Origin: Catajapyx aquilonaris
Taxonomy: Eukaryota
Direction: 5' to 3'
NCBI GenBank assembly: GCA_000934665.2
Contig: JYFJ02000982.1
Coordinates: forward strand, 1-64,000
Length of the DNA: 64,000 nucleotides
Positions 24,648-38,502 of the stretch are shown here, piece by piece. The stretch's first letter is position 1; each line of letters begins with the position of its first letter. The notes below the pieces were generated by a model. The model did not search any database. It saw only the letters and a program-made list of their open reading frames with translations, and was not told where the DNA came from. The translations under genes and the position numbers were made by a program.

Positions 24648-25521
24648 ATGGGCATCGATTTATATTACCATCCTGCCAGTACCCCATGCCGGGCAGTCAT
24701 GCTGACCGCAAAGGCCGTTGGGGTCGAGTTCAAGAACAAGAAGGTCATAAACCCGATGGAAGGCGAGAATATGAAGCCGGAATATCTCAAGGTAAAGTGT
24801 GTGAGTAATTATTAATTGTTGATCAAATGTGACATCGATATTATTTTTTGCAGATCAATCCGCAGCACACTATTCCCACCATAGTGGACGACAGCTTTTC
24901 TTTGTGGGAAAGGTAAGTGTCAGCCTTGCATGACATAATAATTATTATGTGTGTGTTTACAAAATTCATAATTGTAACTTGTAATAAATATTCCAGTCGT
25001 GCTATCATGGTGTACCTGGCCACAAAATACGGCAAGGGCGACACCCTGTACCCAAATGATGCCAAGAAGCGTGGAGTGGTCGAGCAGAGGCTTTTCTTCG
25101 ACATGGGAACACTGCACCAGCGTTTTGGAGACCTCTATGTAAGTTATGGGTGACCAATATATGTTTGAACCTGATTATATGACATCGAACTTTTCAGCAT
25201 CCAGTCATGATGGGTAAGCGGGACACTCTTGACGAGGAGAAGGTGCCAAAGCTGAATGAAGCCATGGAGATACTGGACGGTTTCCTGTCCAAGACCAAGT
25301 GGGCAGCAGATGACCACATAACCATCGCTGACCACAGCCTGGTCGCAAGCATCGGCTCGATGGACGCGGCTGGACTCGACCTGACCCCTTACAAGAACGT
25401 GACCCGCTGGTACAAACAGTGCCAGAAGGAGATGCCAGGTTACAAGGAATCCAACCAGGATGGAATAGATATGATTCGCGAAATGACAAAGAAGATGAAA
25501 GAGGGCAAGAAACCGTACTAG
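24648..25521 (+). CDS. Glutathione S-transferase, Delta-class, unit 1
   Basis: Exons 24648-24791, 24854-24912, 24997-25138, 25198-25521. [63 protein letters not shown] downstream. Confidence 0.93.
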
Positions 25522-26446
25522 ACACTGCAAGATTAAAATTTTGTAAAAACAACACCTGTGGCTGTCAAAAATGTTCATAATAATAAAACAATGAAAGGCT
25601 GGTGATGTCAGAACAACAGTTTATTACCGGTTCTACTCAAAGTTCCATAAATATGATTATATTATTAATAACAATAACATTGGCTCTAAAACGTATCTCC
25701 AAACATTTGAAAGCCAGAAACATCCAAGGATATGTCCAGTCAATAAGTCATGATGAACAGAACAAGCAACGTGAAATTATCGGCAAATAATTTATTATTC
25801 GCACCGAGTTTCCAAAAAAAAAAAAAAAGATTGTGACTCAGGTAATTGTTGCCCTTGATATGACGATCTCCACCTCTCTTCGCATTTCCGAATATGATTA
25901 CGAAATACGTATACTATATATATTTATGCAAAAAAAGTCATGCGAATCAGGAAACCAAGGTCAACTTTGTTGCATGTTAAGGTATATCTGCTTGCACTCT
26001 GCATCTGATAGTTCCTATTGTGCAAGTATTATCGCAGGCTATCTCATATTATCATACATCATGTAAAGTGAAGGAATAATATTGTAGTACTTGTACAGTA
26101 AATTTTTAACCTAATAAAAATCTCTCAAAATTAAATAAAACTAATTCAGGCATATATTGGTTAATGAACTGTCAATTCGCGTCATGTCTACCATTATTGT
26201 GGTGTCATTCAGTCGTCATGCAGAATATGAAGCGTGTCAATTCCTGGTTACATTAAGCCACATTAAGCTATGAAGGAAAAAATAATACCAAACACGGAAC
26301 CATCAAAGTAGATCAAATATTCATGAGGGCAGTTCCAGCAATTCACTCTCACTGTCAGAGGAATTAAGTGCGCATTTCGTTAGACAGCTTCGCATTCAGT
26401 TATTCTTAAGAGAACTGTGACATGTTTTATACTCTCAGTAGCACCA

Positions 26447-28627
26447 ATGGCGTTGAGGATGAAGGTAATTTGTGCAATACTGTGTATAGCAGCCAGTTAC
26501 TCCTGGACAACAGGCAGTGACAAGTTGATAATTCAATCAATTGAAAAAATACTCAGAGAAGTTGGAAGTGACTGCGATTTGGTGATGAATCACGACGTAG
26601 ATGGCCTTCTTCCAAAAGTGATCCTGGATTTTTTGGCCAACATATCAAGACCAGTTGTCATCACTCTCTCAGCATCACTCAGCAACTGGAAATGCACAAG
26701 TTATGTCCGTTCACATGTTAAAATTATTGAAGGAAGTGTCAGGCCTAATTGCGCCACGTACCTGGTGGCCACATGCTCTCAAAATTACGCTCAGATCATG
26801 TCGCAACTGTTGTACGAAGATAACGTGATCAGAAAGACCAAAGATCGGTTCGTGTTTTGGATCAGGGATAGTTCAGACTCCAGCTTCTTACTGGAACATC
26901 CAGCAAACCGGATCAAGTTTAAGATCGCTTTAACCACGCGTTTAAACCAAGTTCAGGCCAGTTCTGCCTGCTTCTTCTGCGATCGCGGAAAACCAGCAGT
27001 TCAGACCCTTCAGGACGGATTGTTTCAGGACATGGCTTCAGACCTGCACGGAATATTCTTGAACAGCGTATTCGAAGAAAGTATGAGCTACGAGCAATGC
27101 GGTCCTTTCTCCTACTTTTACGAAATCTGCTTTCTCGGTCAAGCTCTTAAATTCAGGTGGGAAGTGACCGCCATGAACTTTGCGGATGTCGTCAAAAATG
27201 TGTCAGCCACAGTCGACTTTGTGGACAAGTTTGACAGCGGAGAAATTGCATTTTCGCCTAGAATACCACATATTCCAATAGCATTCCTGGTAAGTTCATG
27301 CAAAGTGTTATAAGGTATAGTCAGGGAGCATATACTACTACATAAGAGGCGCAAACATTCGATTTCCGCGTCTCTCTGTTTGGGGCGTTGCCAAGGCTGG
27401 CGGCCATCTTGAAGTGTGGGGAACGCCAACGAGGTATAAATAGGGTACAGTCAAAAATAGGTGCCGCCATCTTTGATTCGCGCGTGTTCTGCCGTGTAGT
27501 TGCCATAGCCGCCACAACCATCAAAGATGGCGGACCCTATTTTTGCCTGTACCCTATTTATACCTCGTTGGAGTTCCCCACACTTCAAGATAGCCGCCAG
27601 CCTTGAGCCTTGGAAATATATGTAGTATATGTTCCCTGGTAGGTATAGTATGGTATTAAAATATATTGTGACATAACAGGTGTTTGACTACACTTCGGCG
27701 TACGACAACCAGCGAATGACGTTCCTGGTACGTCAACCTCGTGTCACCAACACGACGTTTGTCGCAATCACACCTTACCAGCCTATCCCCTGGTTCGTGT
27801 TCTTCGCCAGCATGTGTTTGTCCAGCCTCTTCATGTCCATTTTGTCAAGTGTGGACGGGACACATCGCTCTGTAACATCATGGCTCCAGTACCTAGCACG
27901 AATATCTATCGAGCAGTGTCCTCGTCCGCCAGAAACGTCGTCAACCCGGATATTCGTCTCAATCTGGTTTTTCTTCTGCATCATAGTCGGTACAGGCTAC
28001 AAGAGCAAGTTGTATAACATAATAGCATTTCCGGATAAAGAAAATGTGCCTCAAAATTTTCTTGAACTGTTCAACTCATCGTTCACAATCCAACTGAGCG
28101 AACTGGTTTACCACTTGGTTGTCTCATACAGTGATTCGGAATTCCTCCTAAATTACAAGGACGTGTTGGCGAAAACGACATCTGTTAAAAACGAGCAGGA
28201 ATGCATGAAAGGCATTATAGATATCGACACAGTCTGTATGAATTCTGAGTATGTGCTGGACACATACGCTCGAAACTTGGATCCGTACGGTACCGGTAAG
28301 ACTGTCATGTCCTCAGACTCATTCATGACCGTGCACAGGTCCATGGTGTTGCCGAAGGACGCGGTGTACACTGACAACTTTGACTTTTGGATCCAAGTTT
28401 GTGTCAGCATTGGGTTGAAATCCAGACATGACAGTCTGATGATGCATTTGCATGGTCTGGAAGCGGCTAAAGCGAGAAGAGACAACGGATTTCAAGAGAA
28501 GAATGGGCCGTGTCCATTCTCATTGGCTCGTCTAATAGGGTCATTCGCAATTATTTTGGCTGGATACGCCCTGGCATTTGTACAATTTTTGCGTGAAATT
28601 TGCAACATTATTACAATACATTGCTAA
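26447..28627 (+). CDS. Divergent ionotropic receptor (IR, iGluR-related chemoreceptor), ~596 aa
   Basis: Exons 26447-27289 and 27680-28627 (phase 0). Signal peptide; FDYTSAY..TFLVRQP; TM1 PYQPIPW..; SSTRIFVSIWFFFCIIVGTGYKSKL..FP; final TM PFSLARLIGSFAIILAGYALAFVQFLRE; AATAAA overlaps the stop. Confidence 0.88.
27322..27638. mobile_element. Fold-back MITE (family M1) in the IR intron
   Basis: Ends CAGGGAGCATATACTAC / GTAGTATATGTTCCCTG; ~85-bp internal inverted arms; direct repeat AGGTATAGT at 27313-27321 and 27641-27649; second copy at 59007. Confidence 0.85.
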
Positions 28628-29902
28628 ATAAAACAACACATTCAAGGAAATTTAAAACATGCGCTTGTGCAATATTCAACATTTCGAAAAAAACTTTGCA
28701 ACCGGTTTTTGCAATCGAGACAGGCACGTCGAACACCAATTGTCACCCCCGAAAAAAAAACAGTGTATAAAAATAGTGACTGAGCACAACCCAAGTGTGA
28801 CTGTTCTCCTCCGCTGAACGGGAAAAATAATGGGACTGCACCGGAGAATCAACGAAAATTTGTCTCTTCCTGTGGTTGTCTGGATCATTATGAAAATATT
28901 GGCACGAATTTGCGGTCATGATTCATCAAATTGGGCCAATTCTGCCTCTGTGATTCTATGGAAAGTCTTATAAACCACTAATATTTGTCACAGATAGCTT
29001 TAAATATGACCACAGACATGACCGTTGAAAGTTAAATATGACAACGTGTACAAAAATTATTTAAATATCACACACAGGAAGTGAATGAAACAATGTTACT
29101 AATGTCGTTTATAAATTATTAAGTACCTAGGATTAAAATGACGAAATTTATGGCACAGTACAGGCCCGGATTTGGGCATTTTAAATTATTATTTATTACT
29201 ATGTTAGTATTAAATAATTTTTATTTTAACTTCTATAATTATTTTAATTACAGTGGGGACCACTGGCTCTATGGGATTTATGCCTCTCCCGTGAGGATAG
29301 GAATGAATGGTTATTATTAACTGTATCAATAATATTATTTATCATTATTTATTACAGTATTACTTGTACTATTATTTTAGTATTAATTACAACTAATTTA
29401 AATTTAATTGACACTTTACACGTGAAATAATATTGTCAGACATACTGTCGATTAAAAGATGCTATAAATTAATGTTACGTATTACTCCTTTAGTATTGAC
29501 CATGGCCTCATATTCGGTCAATTATTAACTACAATTTTTATACCTAAAATGATGCTGTAAAATGCGGTTGTTTCATCACATAATGAGCCAGCAGAATTCG
29601 ACGCTGAGCTAAAAAAAAGAAGAAGAAGAAAAAAGGCGGAAGCTTCCAATACGCATGCATTAAACTGGAGTCTCGTGCAGATGAGTTGCATTCCTCTGAC
29701 TCACCCTGGTCACATGACATCCTTTTTTCACACAATGTTGGGCCCGAATCCCATCCTGCCTCGGGCCAGACTTGTTTCGTGGCTTGCAAAAAAACACTGT
29801 GATGTACACGTAGCCAAGCCTCAGTCGGTCGACAACCTTCCAAGAGAGCGGATCTATTTTGGATACATTCCCTCCCAGTGCATATAGTGTTTGGATCTAA
29901 CA

Positions 29903-30807
29903 ATGGGCATAGATTTCTACTACCTTCCCGGAAGTGCCCCATGCAGGGCTGTGATGCTGACCGCAAAGGCCGTGGGGGTTGACCTTAACAAGAAGATTAT
30001 CAATTTGATGGAAGGCGAGCAGCTCAAGCCTGAGTTCGTCAAGGTAAATATTAATTTCATAATTAATATGTTCAGCATTAGTCATGTTGTCACAATGTTT
30101 TGTGTAATAAAATATGAGGTTGTAATGGCCATTGACCTTTTTCCTTCCAGATAAACCCGCAACATTGCATCCCAACCATCACAGACGACGGTTTCGCCCT
30201 GTGGGAAAGGTAAGTGTAATTTCTCGGTGCAGTGGAGCTGTCACGGTTCTGAGCCTCATTTTTTTTCCTTTCCTGTTTTTTTGTGTGCAATAGTCGCGCA
30301 ATCCAGGTGTACCTTGCGACCAAGTACGGCAAGGACGATGCCCTGTACCCGAGCGATGCCAAGAAACGTGGATTGGTCGAGCAGAGGCTGTACTTCGATA
30401 TGGGGACACTGTACCAGCGATTCGCGGATGTATACGTAAGTAATGAACGACTCTCGTGTGAACCCAGCTTTTAACACACCCTATTGCAGTATCCGGCCAT
30501 GTTCATGGGCGCTGAGAAGATAGTAGAGGACAAGTTACCAAAGCTGAAGGAGGCTCTGGAGCTCCTGGACGGCTTCCTGGCCACCTCGAAGTGGTCAGCC
30601 GGTGAGCAGATAACCGTGGCTGACCACAGCCTGGTTGCCAGCATCGGTACCTTAGACGCGGTGGGATTTGACCTGACCCCTTACAAGAATGTGACCCGCT
30701 GGTACAAGGACTGCAAGGACACCATGGCTGGATACCAGGAGGCCAACCAGGACGGAATCGAAGCCTTCCGAGAGTTGGTCAAGAAGCTGCTGGCCGGCAA
30801 GATCTAA
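29903..30807 (+). CDS. GST Delta-class, unit 2
   Basis: Four exons with the same intron positions as unit 1; [33 protein letters not shown]. Confidence 0.93.
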
Positions 30808-31631
30808 GAAAATGACTGGTGCAAGAATTAATTAAATACCCCCCGATTAATTTGTGTAATTGAATAAACCTCGCTGTTTGGTGAATCTGAACTGTTTTTG
30901 ATCTATCTTCCCATGTGCCAAGGACAAGTGTTGCCGGATATTCCCCAGCCGCATTGTGACAATGCACATTGCAACCTCATTTCGTGGTATTCCTGGTATT
31001 CCTATCATGAAACGACGCAGCCTGCCCAGTAAGTTGCAACAGTACACTTCATTACGTAAAAAATCGAAGAGGATGTGATGAGTAGTCTGCACATGATACG
31101 CCAGGTTTACGTTTCCAAGGCCAACAACCGAAAAAAGTCGTCTGGTAGTTGCAATGAAAGCGGAAACCCACACGAGCGGAACGGATTATTATCAAAACTT
31201 TTTTTGCTAATTTTTATAAATTTTATTAAGTTGAAAAACACGTAGGCATACGGCCAGATATTAATTTGTAGCCATCTGTTCCTGCTGGACTGTCAGTATA
31301 GGGGTTGGCTGCATTTGACACCAATATAAATTACAATAAATTAATATTATACTACTCACTATATAGCCTAAGCAGAGTCGCCATAGCCATAGCAAGAACG
31401 CCATAATGTGGTCTGTCTACTCCGAGGTTTGCAAGGAAGTCAGCCAGAAACTAAAACCTACAACTCCCCAATTTCTGTCGGAAATTCCTCTGTAATCTTT
31501 GTACTGTGTAATGTTGAAAAAAAATAGAAAGACTCCGCCTGTTTGCGCCCGTCAGATAAATCATATCACCTAACCCTATCCGGCCTGCACTGAGCCAATG
31601 ACATTCTTGTCGGTACTCAACACACGACAAC

Positions 31632-32770
31632 ATGTCGATAGACTTTTACTATAATTCTCTAAGCTCTCCGTGTCGAGCTGTGATGCTGACTGCGGAAGCT
31701 GTAGGATTACATCTGAACAAGAAGTGCATCCGGATCCAGGACGGCGAGCATCTCAAGCCCGAGTTTATTCAGGTCAGTAAATGTTGCAGCAATTATAGTC
31801 CTCAAGAGACACCATCTATCAAGAATCACATTTTTCAGATCAATCCACAGCACACTATTCCGACCATAGTGGACAACGGATTCACTCTGTGGGAAAGGTG
31901 GGTTGTATCCAAACTGTAACGACTAAAAAATGACACAACTGATGGCATAAATGTACCGATGTTTCAGCCGTGCAATACTGGTGTACCTGGCCACAGAGTA
32001 CGGAAAGGACGATGCCCTGTACCCAAACGACGCCAAGAAGCGCGGATTGGTCCTGCAGAGACTGAACTTTGACCTCGGACTGTATCAGAGATTCGCGGAG
32101 GCTTACGTAAGTTGTTGTACAGTATCAGCTACACAATACGATAAAGGAAAATTTATGTGCCATTTTTCTGGCCATTACTTTTACAATGAAGTTGCCAACC
32201 AAGACGGCATGCTGCACTGACCTAGTAACTTGCAAATGAGTTTATTGCACTGCATAGCAAAGCTATGCCAGGATAAAAATAGAGCAACAACATCAGGCAA
32301 GTGCGTGCATCAACGCTAACAATTTCCTGATCTGACGTACTCAAGGACAATAGTCGTGTGCTATAAATACAGATGTTTGATAAACTTGGCCTCCTTTTGA
32401 AGACCTTATGTAGCAATGTGCTTACCCTTACAATTATTGCTATTGATTTTAGTACCCACCAATGTTCATGGGATACGACACATTCGAGCCTGAGAAACTG
32501 AAAAGACTTACTGAAAGCTTGGACATTCTGGACTTGTTTCTGTCCCAGAGTCAATGGGCGGCTGGGGATCACTTGACCCTTGCTGACCACAGTCTGGTGG
32601 CCACAGTCAGCACACTGGACTCGGTAGGAATTGACCTCTCCGGGTACCAGAACCTCACCAGATGGTACCTCCAGTGCCAGGAGGCCATGGCTGGTTACCA
32701 GGAGGCCAACCAGGACGGAGTGGACGTCTTCAGAAGAATGGCCAACAAGTTACTTGTCGGAAAGCACTGA
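31632..32770 (+). CDS. GST Delta-class, unit 3
   Basis: [17 protein letters not shown]..; four exons; ends NKLLVGKH*. Confidence 0.92.
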
Positions 32771-33476
32771 CGATAATGTACGGTATATCTGAAATAACAT
32801 AGTGTGCAGAAATTTGTGTGTTTGATGACAACTTACATAATTATGCATCGCCGACTGACTCAAATAATTCGGAGTTACTGTATTGAGTAAATCCGAGCAA
32901 ATATCATTTTTAATGCCAAGGTTGAGAAGCTTTATCTGTCATTCATCTCTTGTCCTTCGGCGCCCTACAACTCACAATTTATCAGTCTCATCTTGTAAAG
33001 ATATTGTCGATATTAACTCACGGTTTCTTTATAATATGTACTGTAGATTACAGCAACACCAGACAATCAAACACGGATGGCTCATGTTATCATTCGGTTA
33101 TCAAGCGAAGAAACAAAGTGCTTGATAATGATAATAAGTGAAGCTCTGCAAGCTTCTAGAAGGTGGCCTGCGACTCATGGGGTGGTTAATCATATTAACG
33201 GGCAGTTAATATATTGACCGAATTTATCCCTACTTCCGAAACATGTAAACTGACCGTAAATTGATAATTCCAGATTGTTTTTTTTTTCACTTACGCTATA
33301 TACAGTTAGCTTGCAACTTTGGTCACTTACAAAGTTACAAGTGAATCAATCGTTACACTATATCGCTGCATTCCTATATTCCCCTTGTCAAGATTGTGAA
33401 CTGGTGACATATTCTTTAACACAAATAAATGAGTCCTTATCATCCTTGACGATATATCTGAAGTACATCAGTTTGC

Positions 33477-33534
33477 TATAAAACGGTGCAAATCCCCCAG
33501 ACTCTTCCTCAGTCGAATTGAGACTCATCCACAG
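33477..33534 (+). promoter_or_regulatory. TATA/Inr and non-coding first exon of GST unit 4
   Basis: TATAAAA at 33477, TCAGT at 33509, donor CAG|GTAGC at ~33534, acceptor ctgacag ending 33628 just before ATG 33639. Confidence 0.55.
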
Positions 33535-33638
33535 GTAGCACCTTGCCTCTATATATACAAGTAAGTCCTTTGCCTAAATTAAAACCACTGGTTAGTGCTT
33601 AACCTCCCGTTATTTTTTTTCCTGACAGTCCAGCAACC

Positions 33639-34832
33639 ATGACCATCGACTTCTACTACACCGCCGGAAGCTCGCCATGCCGAAGCGTTATGCTGACGGC
33701 CAAGGCTGTTGGAGTCGAGCTCAACAAGAAGGTGACCAACCTCATGAACGGAGATAACATGAAGCCGGAATACCTCAAGGTAATTACTTAATTGCACTAA
33801 TTACAGAACATCCTGTAACCTCTATAGCTGGACAGCAATGGTCTCCAATTGTAATGGCCAAATTAGTCAGCATTAAAAAAATAGACTACTAAGCAACAGT
33901 TACTTCGGAATAGCTATACTTTAGGGAACATAAAATATTAGCTGATTATACTTTAGGTTGAAACTTTGATGCTCGACGCCAATTGTGGACCATTCCTTAT
34001 AGGAAATACTGTATAATTAATTGTCATCCTTGGCTAGATGATTTCGGACTAATTTTAGCAGTCACTACTATTGATAGCCACTAAAAATAACTACTGTTTA
34101 TCAGATTTAGACGAAAATGAAAAACACTGTGTAGTTGTAAATTCAATGCCTGAATTGTTGCATTTATTGTTTACCCAGATGAATCCCCAGCATTGCATCC
34201 CAACCATTGTTGACGACGGATTCTCCCTCTGGGAAAGGTACGCACACACAGCTGCAGTCATACTCTGCAGTTTGTTCTGAAACAATGTATTTTTCAGCCG
34301 TGCAATACAGGTGTATCTGGCCACCAAGTACGGCAAGGACGACACCCTGTACCCAAAGGACGCCAAGAAACGCGGCATGGTCGAGCAGCGCCTCAACTTC
34401 GACATGGGAACACTGTACCAGCGATTTGCTGAGACTTACGTGAGTCAATGTCTTGTATATTGAAAATGTCAAGTGAAGTCGTTGTATTAACAATTTTTTT
34501 TGCAATAATTGCAGTACCCACCCATGTTCATGGGAGGTGACAAGGTGGACAAGGAGAAGCTTCCCAAGCTGAAGGAAGCCTTCGAGCTTCTGGATGGTTT
34601 CCTGTCCAAGACCAAGTGGGCCGTTGGTGACAACATCACCGTGGCCGACCACACCTTGGTGGCCACCGTCAGCACCATCGAGGCTGTCGGGTACGACATA
34701 ACTCCCTTCAAGAATGTGACCAAGTGGTACAAGCAGTGCCAGGACAACATGCCCGGATACAAGGAGGCCAACCAGGAAGGAGCCGCAGCCTTCAAGGAAA
34801 TGGCCAAAAACCTGTTGGCCGGGAAAATGTAG
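33639..34832 (+). CDS. GST Delta-class, unit 4
   Basis: [19 protein letters not shown]..; four exons; ends NLLAGKM*. Confidence 0.93.
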
Positions 34833-35187
34833 AGAACCCTAACACACTTTAGCTCTAGCATGAGCCAGAGTCGCACTGAATAAACGTTTCAAGACTGTCA
34901 TTCGCTTGCATTTATTATTTTCCAGCATTCAACAGGGGGCCTTGGTGTGGGTTTGGGAAATTTGTACACAAATAAACACGCATTGCACCAATTTTCAGCA
35001 CTAATAAAATGTCAATCATCGATTTTTTACGTGGGCTAGGACCCCCTTAGCTGAACTATAGTGTAACTCTGTATGTTGACAATAAATCCATTGTTGATCC
35101 TTGGCGTTCCATGGCGACAGGTGCGTCAACACAGTCTGTGAACCATACAGATCATCCCAATCGGAGGAATCGTGAAGAACACTCAAA

Positions 35188-36036
35188 ATGCCAGTGGACT
35201 TTTACTTCGCACCACCCAGTGCCCCTTGTCGCGCGGTCATGCTGACCGCAAAGGCCGTCGGGGTCGAGCTTAACAAGAAGATGGTCAATCTCATGAATGG
35301 AGAGCACATGAAGCCCGAGTTCCTCCAGGTACGCCATACATCACTATTGCACCTAAACCTTAGACACAAGCATTTATCTAATGATCTTGTCACAACCCAG
35401 ATCAACCCTCAACACTGTATCCCAACCATTGTAGACGACAAATTCACTCTTTGGGAAAGGTGAGCTTGTTCGATTTACATGCTGTGGTCATTCCCTGTAT
35501 GCTCTTGACCATTTCAGCCGTGCAATCCAGGTGTATCTGGCCACCAAATACGGAGGTGACGACTCTTTGTACCCAAAAGAGGCCATGAAACGCGCCTTGG
35601 TCGAGCAGCGTCTCAACTTCGATTTGGGAACACTGTTCCAGCGCTTCATGGAAGCATACGTGAGTTAGCAATATATTACAACAATGATGATGTGATAGTT
35701 ACGCTGACCATTTCCGGACAGTACCCGGTGATGTTCATGGGAGTCGAGAAGGTGGACCCGCACAATATGTCCAAAATAAAGGAGGCCATGGAGCTCCTAG
35801 ACGGGTTTCTGTCGCTGTCCAAGTGGGCCGCAGGGGACAGCATAACCGTCGCTGACCACAGTCTGGTGGCCACCATCAGCCAGTTAGAGGCTACCGGGTA
35901 CGACCTGTCCCCATTCAAGAACGTGACCAAGTGGTACAAGCAGTGCCAGAACGACATGCCCGGATTCAAGGAGGCCATGCAAGGAGCCACCATGTTCAAA
36001 GGAATGTTTGAGAAGATGGTGACCGGGAAAGTGTAG
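35188..36036 (+). CDS. GST Delta-class, unit 5
   Basis: [17 protein letters not shown]..; four exons; ends EKMVTGKV*. Confidence 0.93.
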
Positions 36037-36268
36037 CCATTCTTCTGATAACAGTGACACCGAATTTGCAGTAAATAAACATCAAATTCTACCTGCTCTT
36101 GTTCATTCCTTTTTTTTAAAAAAAAATCTCTAGCATAGCCCTGAGGGAAAAAACATAATGACAATAAATCCATTGTTGTTCCATGGGCGTTCCATGGCGA
36201 CATGTGCGTCAACACAGCCTGTGAACAATAGGTCATCCAAATTGGAGGAATCGTAAAGAACAGTCAAA

Positions 36269-38502
36269 ATGCCCGTGGACTTTTACTTCGCACCTGCCAG
36301 TGCCCCTTGTCGGGCGGTCATGCTGACCGCAAAGGCCCTCGGGGTCGAGCTCAACAAGAAGATGGTCAACCTCACGGCCGGAGAGCACATGAAGCCCGAG
36401 TTCCTTAAGGTACATCACTATATTATGTCGGGTTTACAGCCCATTCGCCGAATCAATTAGGAAACAGTACCCGCGGCTTTCTGACCCTTTGTATCGTGGT
36501 TTTGTGTGGGTTTTAAGTGGGGGAAGTGACTAGGGACACCGGAATTAATTCCTCAAGCTAGATCAGAATGCAGACAGGATCATTGTCATGATGATTGCTG
36601 CAGTTCCCAAAGGGCTATTCCATCCTATATAATCACCTCAAAATCCGTCCCGAATTGAATCCACGAAGACCCGGTAAAAAAATGTATTTTGTTGCCAACC
36701 ACCAGAAATTTCAATTTCGGTAAGTTGGCGTCGTTGGAGTGATTCGGCCTGAGATATATAGCAATCAGTCACCTTCGGTCTGGTTCAGCTTCTGGAATTC
36801 ATACCGAGATTCCTAGTCACTTCTCCCACTTTAAACCCACAGAAAACCACGATGCAAAGGGTTGTCAGCAAGCCTCATGTACTCTTTCCTAATAATTGAT
36901 TCGGCGTCTGGCCTGTAAACCCGACTTCAGCCAATCTAAAGATCTTGTCACAATCCAGATGAACCCTCAACACTGCATCCCAACCATTGTAGACGACAAA
37001 TTCACTCTTTGGGAAAGGTGAGTTTGTTCGGTTTACATATGCTGTGGTCACTCCTTGTATTATCTTGACCATTCCAGTCGTGCAATACAGGTGTATCTGG
37101 CCACCAAATACGGAAGTGACGACACCTTGTACCCAAACGACGCCATGAAACGCGCCTTGGTCCAGCAGCGTCTCAACTTCGATTTGGGAACACTGTTCCA
37201 TAGCTTCAGAGCAGCATACGTGAGTTGGGAATTACAATAATGATGATGTGATAGTTACGCTGACTATTTCCGGACAGTTAGCAATTGCAACTATGATGAT
37301 GTGATTGTTACGCTGACCATTTCCGGACAGCACCCGATGATGTTCATGGGAATCGAGAAGGTGGACCCGCTGAAGCTGTCCAAAATAAAGGAGGTCATGT
37401 ACCTCCTGGACGGGTTTCTGTCCCAGTCCAAGTGGGCCGCAGGGGACAACATAACCGTCGCTGACCACAGTCTGGTGGCCAGCATCAGCCAGTTAGAGGC
37501 CACCGGGTACGACCTGTCCCCATTCAAGAACGTGACCCAGTGGTACAAGCAGTGCCTGAACGACATGCCAGGATTCAAGGAGGCCATGCAAGGAGCCACC
37601 ATATTCAAAAGACTGTTTGAGAAGATGGTGGCCAGGACACCCAAAATACTTAAAATGCCCGTGGACTTTTACTTCGCACCACCCAGTGCCCCTTGTCGCG
37701 CGGTCATGCTGACCGCAAAGGCCCTCGGTGTCGAGCTCAACAAGAAGATGGTCAACCTCATGGCCGGAGAGCACATGAAGCCCGAGTTCCTTAAGGTACG
37801 CCATTCGTCACTATTGCACCTAAACCTTAGACACAAGCATTTATCATTCTAATGATCCTGTCATAATCCAGATCAACCCTCAACACTGCATCCCAACCAT
37901 TGTAGACGACAAATTCACTCTTTGGGAAAGGTGAGCTTGTTCTGTTACATGCTGTGGTCACTCCTTGTATTATCTTGACCATTCCAGCCGTGCAATCCAG
38001 GTGTATCTGGCCACCAAATACGGAGGTAACGACACTTTGTATCCAAACGACGCCATGAAACGCGCCTTGGTCCAACAGCGTCTCAACTTCGATTTGGGAA
38101 CACTGTACCAGTGCTTCATGGAGGCATACGTGAGTTAGAAATTACAACAATGATGATGTGATAGTTGCGTTGACCATTTCCGGACAGTACCCGCCGATGT
38201 TCATGGGAGTCGAAAAGGTGGACCCTCAGAAGCTGTCCAAAATAACGGAGGCCATGGACCTCCTGGACGGGTTTCTGTCCCTGTCCAAGTGGGCCGCAGG
38301 GGACAACATAACCGTCGCTGACCACAGTCTGGTGGCCACCATCAGCCAGTTAATAGCCGCCGGGTACGACCTGTCCCCATTCAATAACGTGACCAAGTGG
38401 TTCAAGCAGTGCCATAACGACATGCCCGGATTCAAGGAGGTCATGCAAGGAGCCGCCATGTTCAAAGGAATGGCTGATAAGATGTTGGCCGGGAAATTCT
38501 AG
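36269..38502 (+). CDS. Tandem double-GST fusion gene (units 6+7), ~440 aa
   Basis: Exons 36269-36409, 36959-37017, 37078-37219, 37331-37795, 37872-37930, 37988-38129, 38188-38502 (1323 nt). The fourth exon reads ..[20 protein letters not shown].. with no stop; the second ATG at 37655 is in frame. Confidence 0.8.
36427..36925. mobile_element. ~500-bp MITE with long imperfect TIRs in intron 1 of GST unit 6
   Basis: GTCGGGTTTACAGCCCATTCGCCGAATCAATTAGGAAA.. / ..TTTCCTAATAATTGATTCGGCGTCTGGCCTGTAAACCCGAC; inverted similarity extends ~125 bp; absent from the homologous introns of units 5 and 7. Confidence 0.85.
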
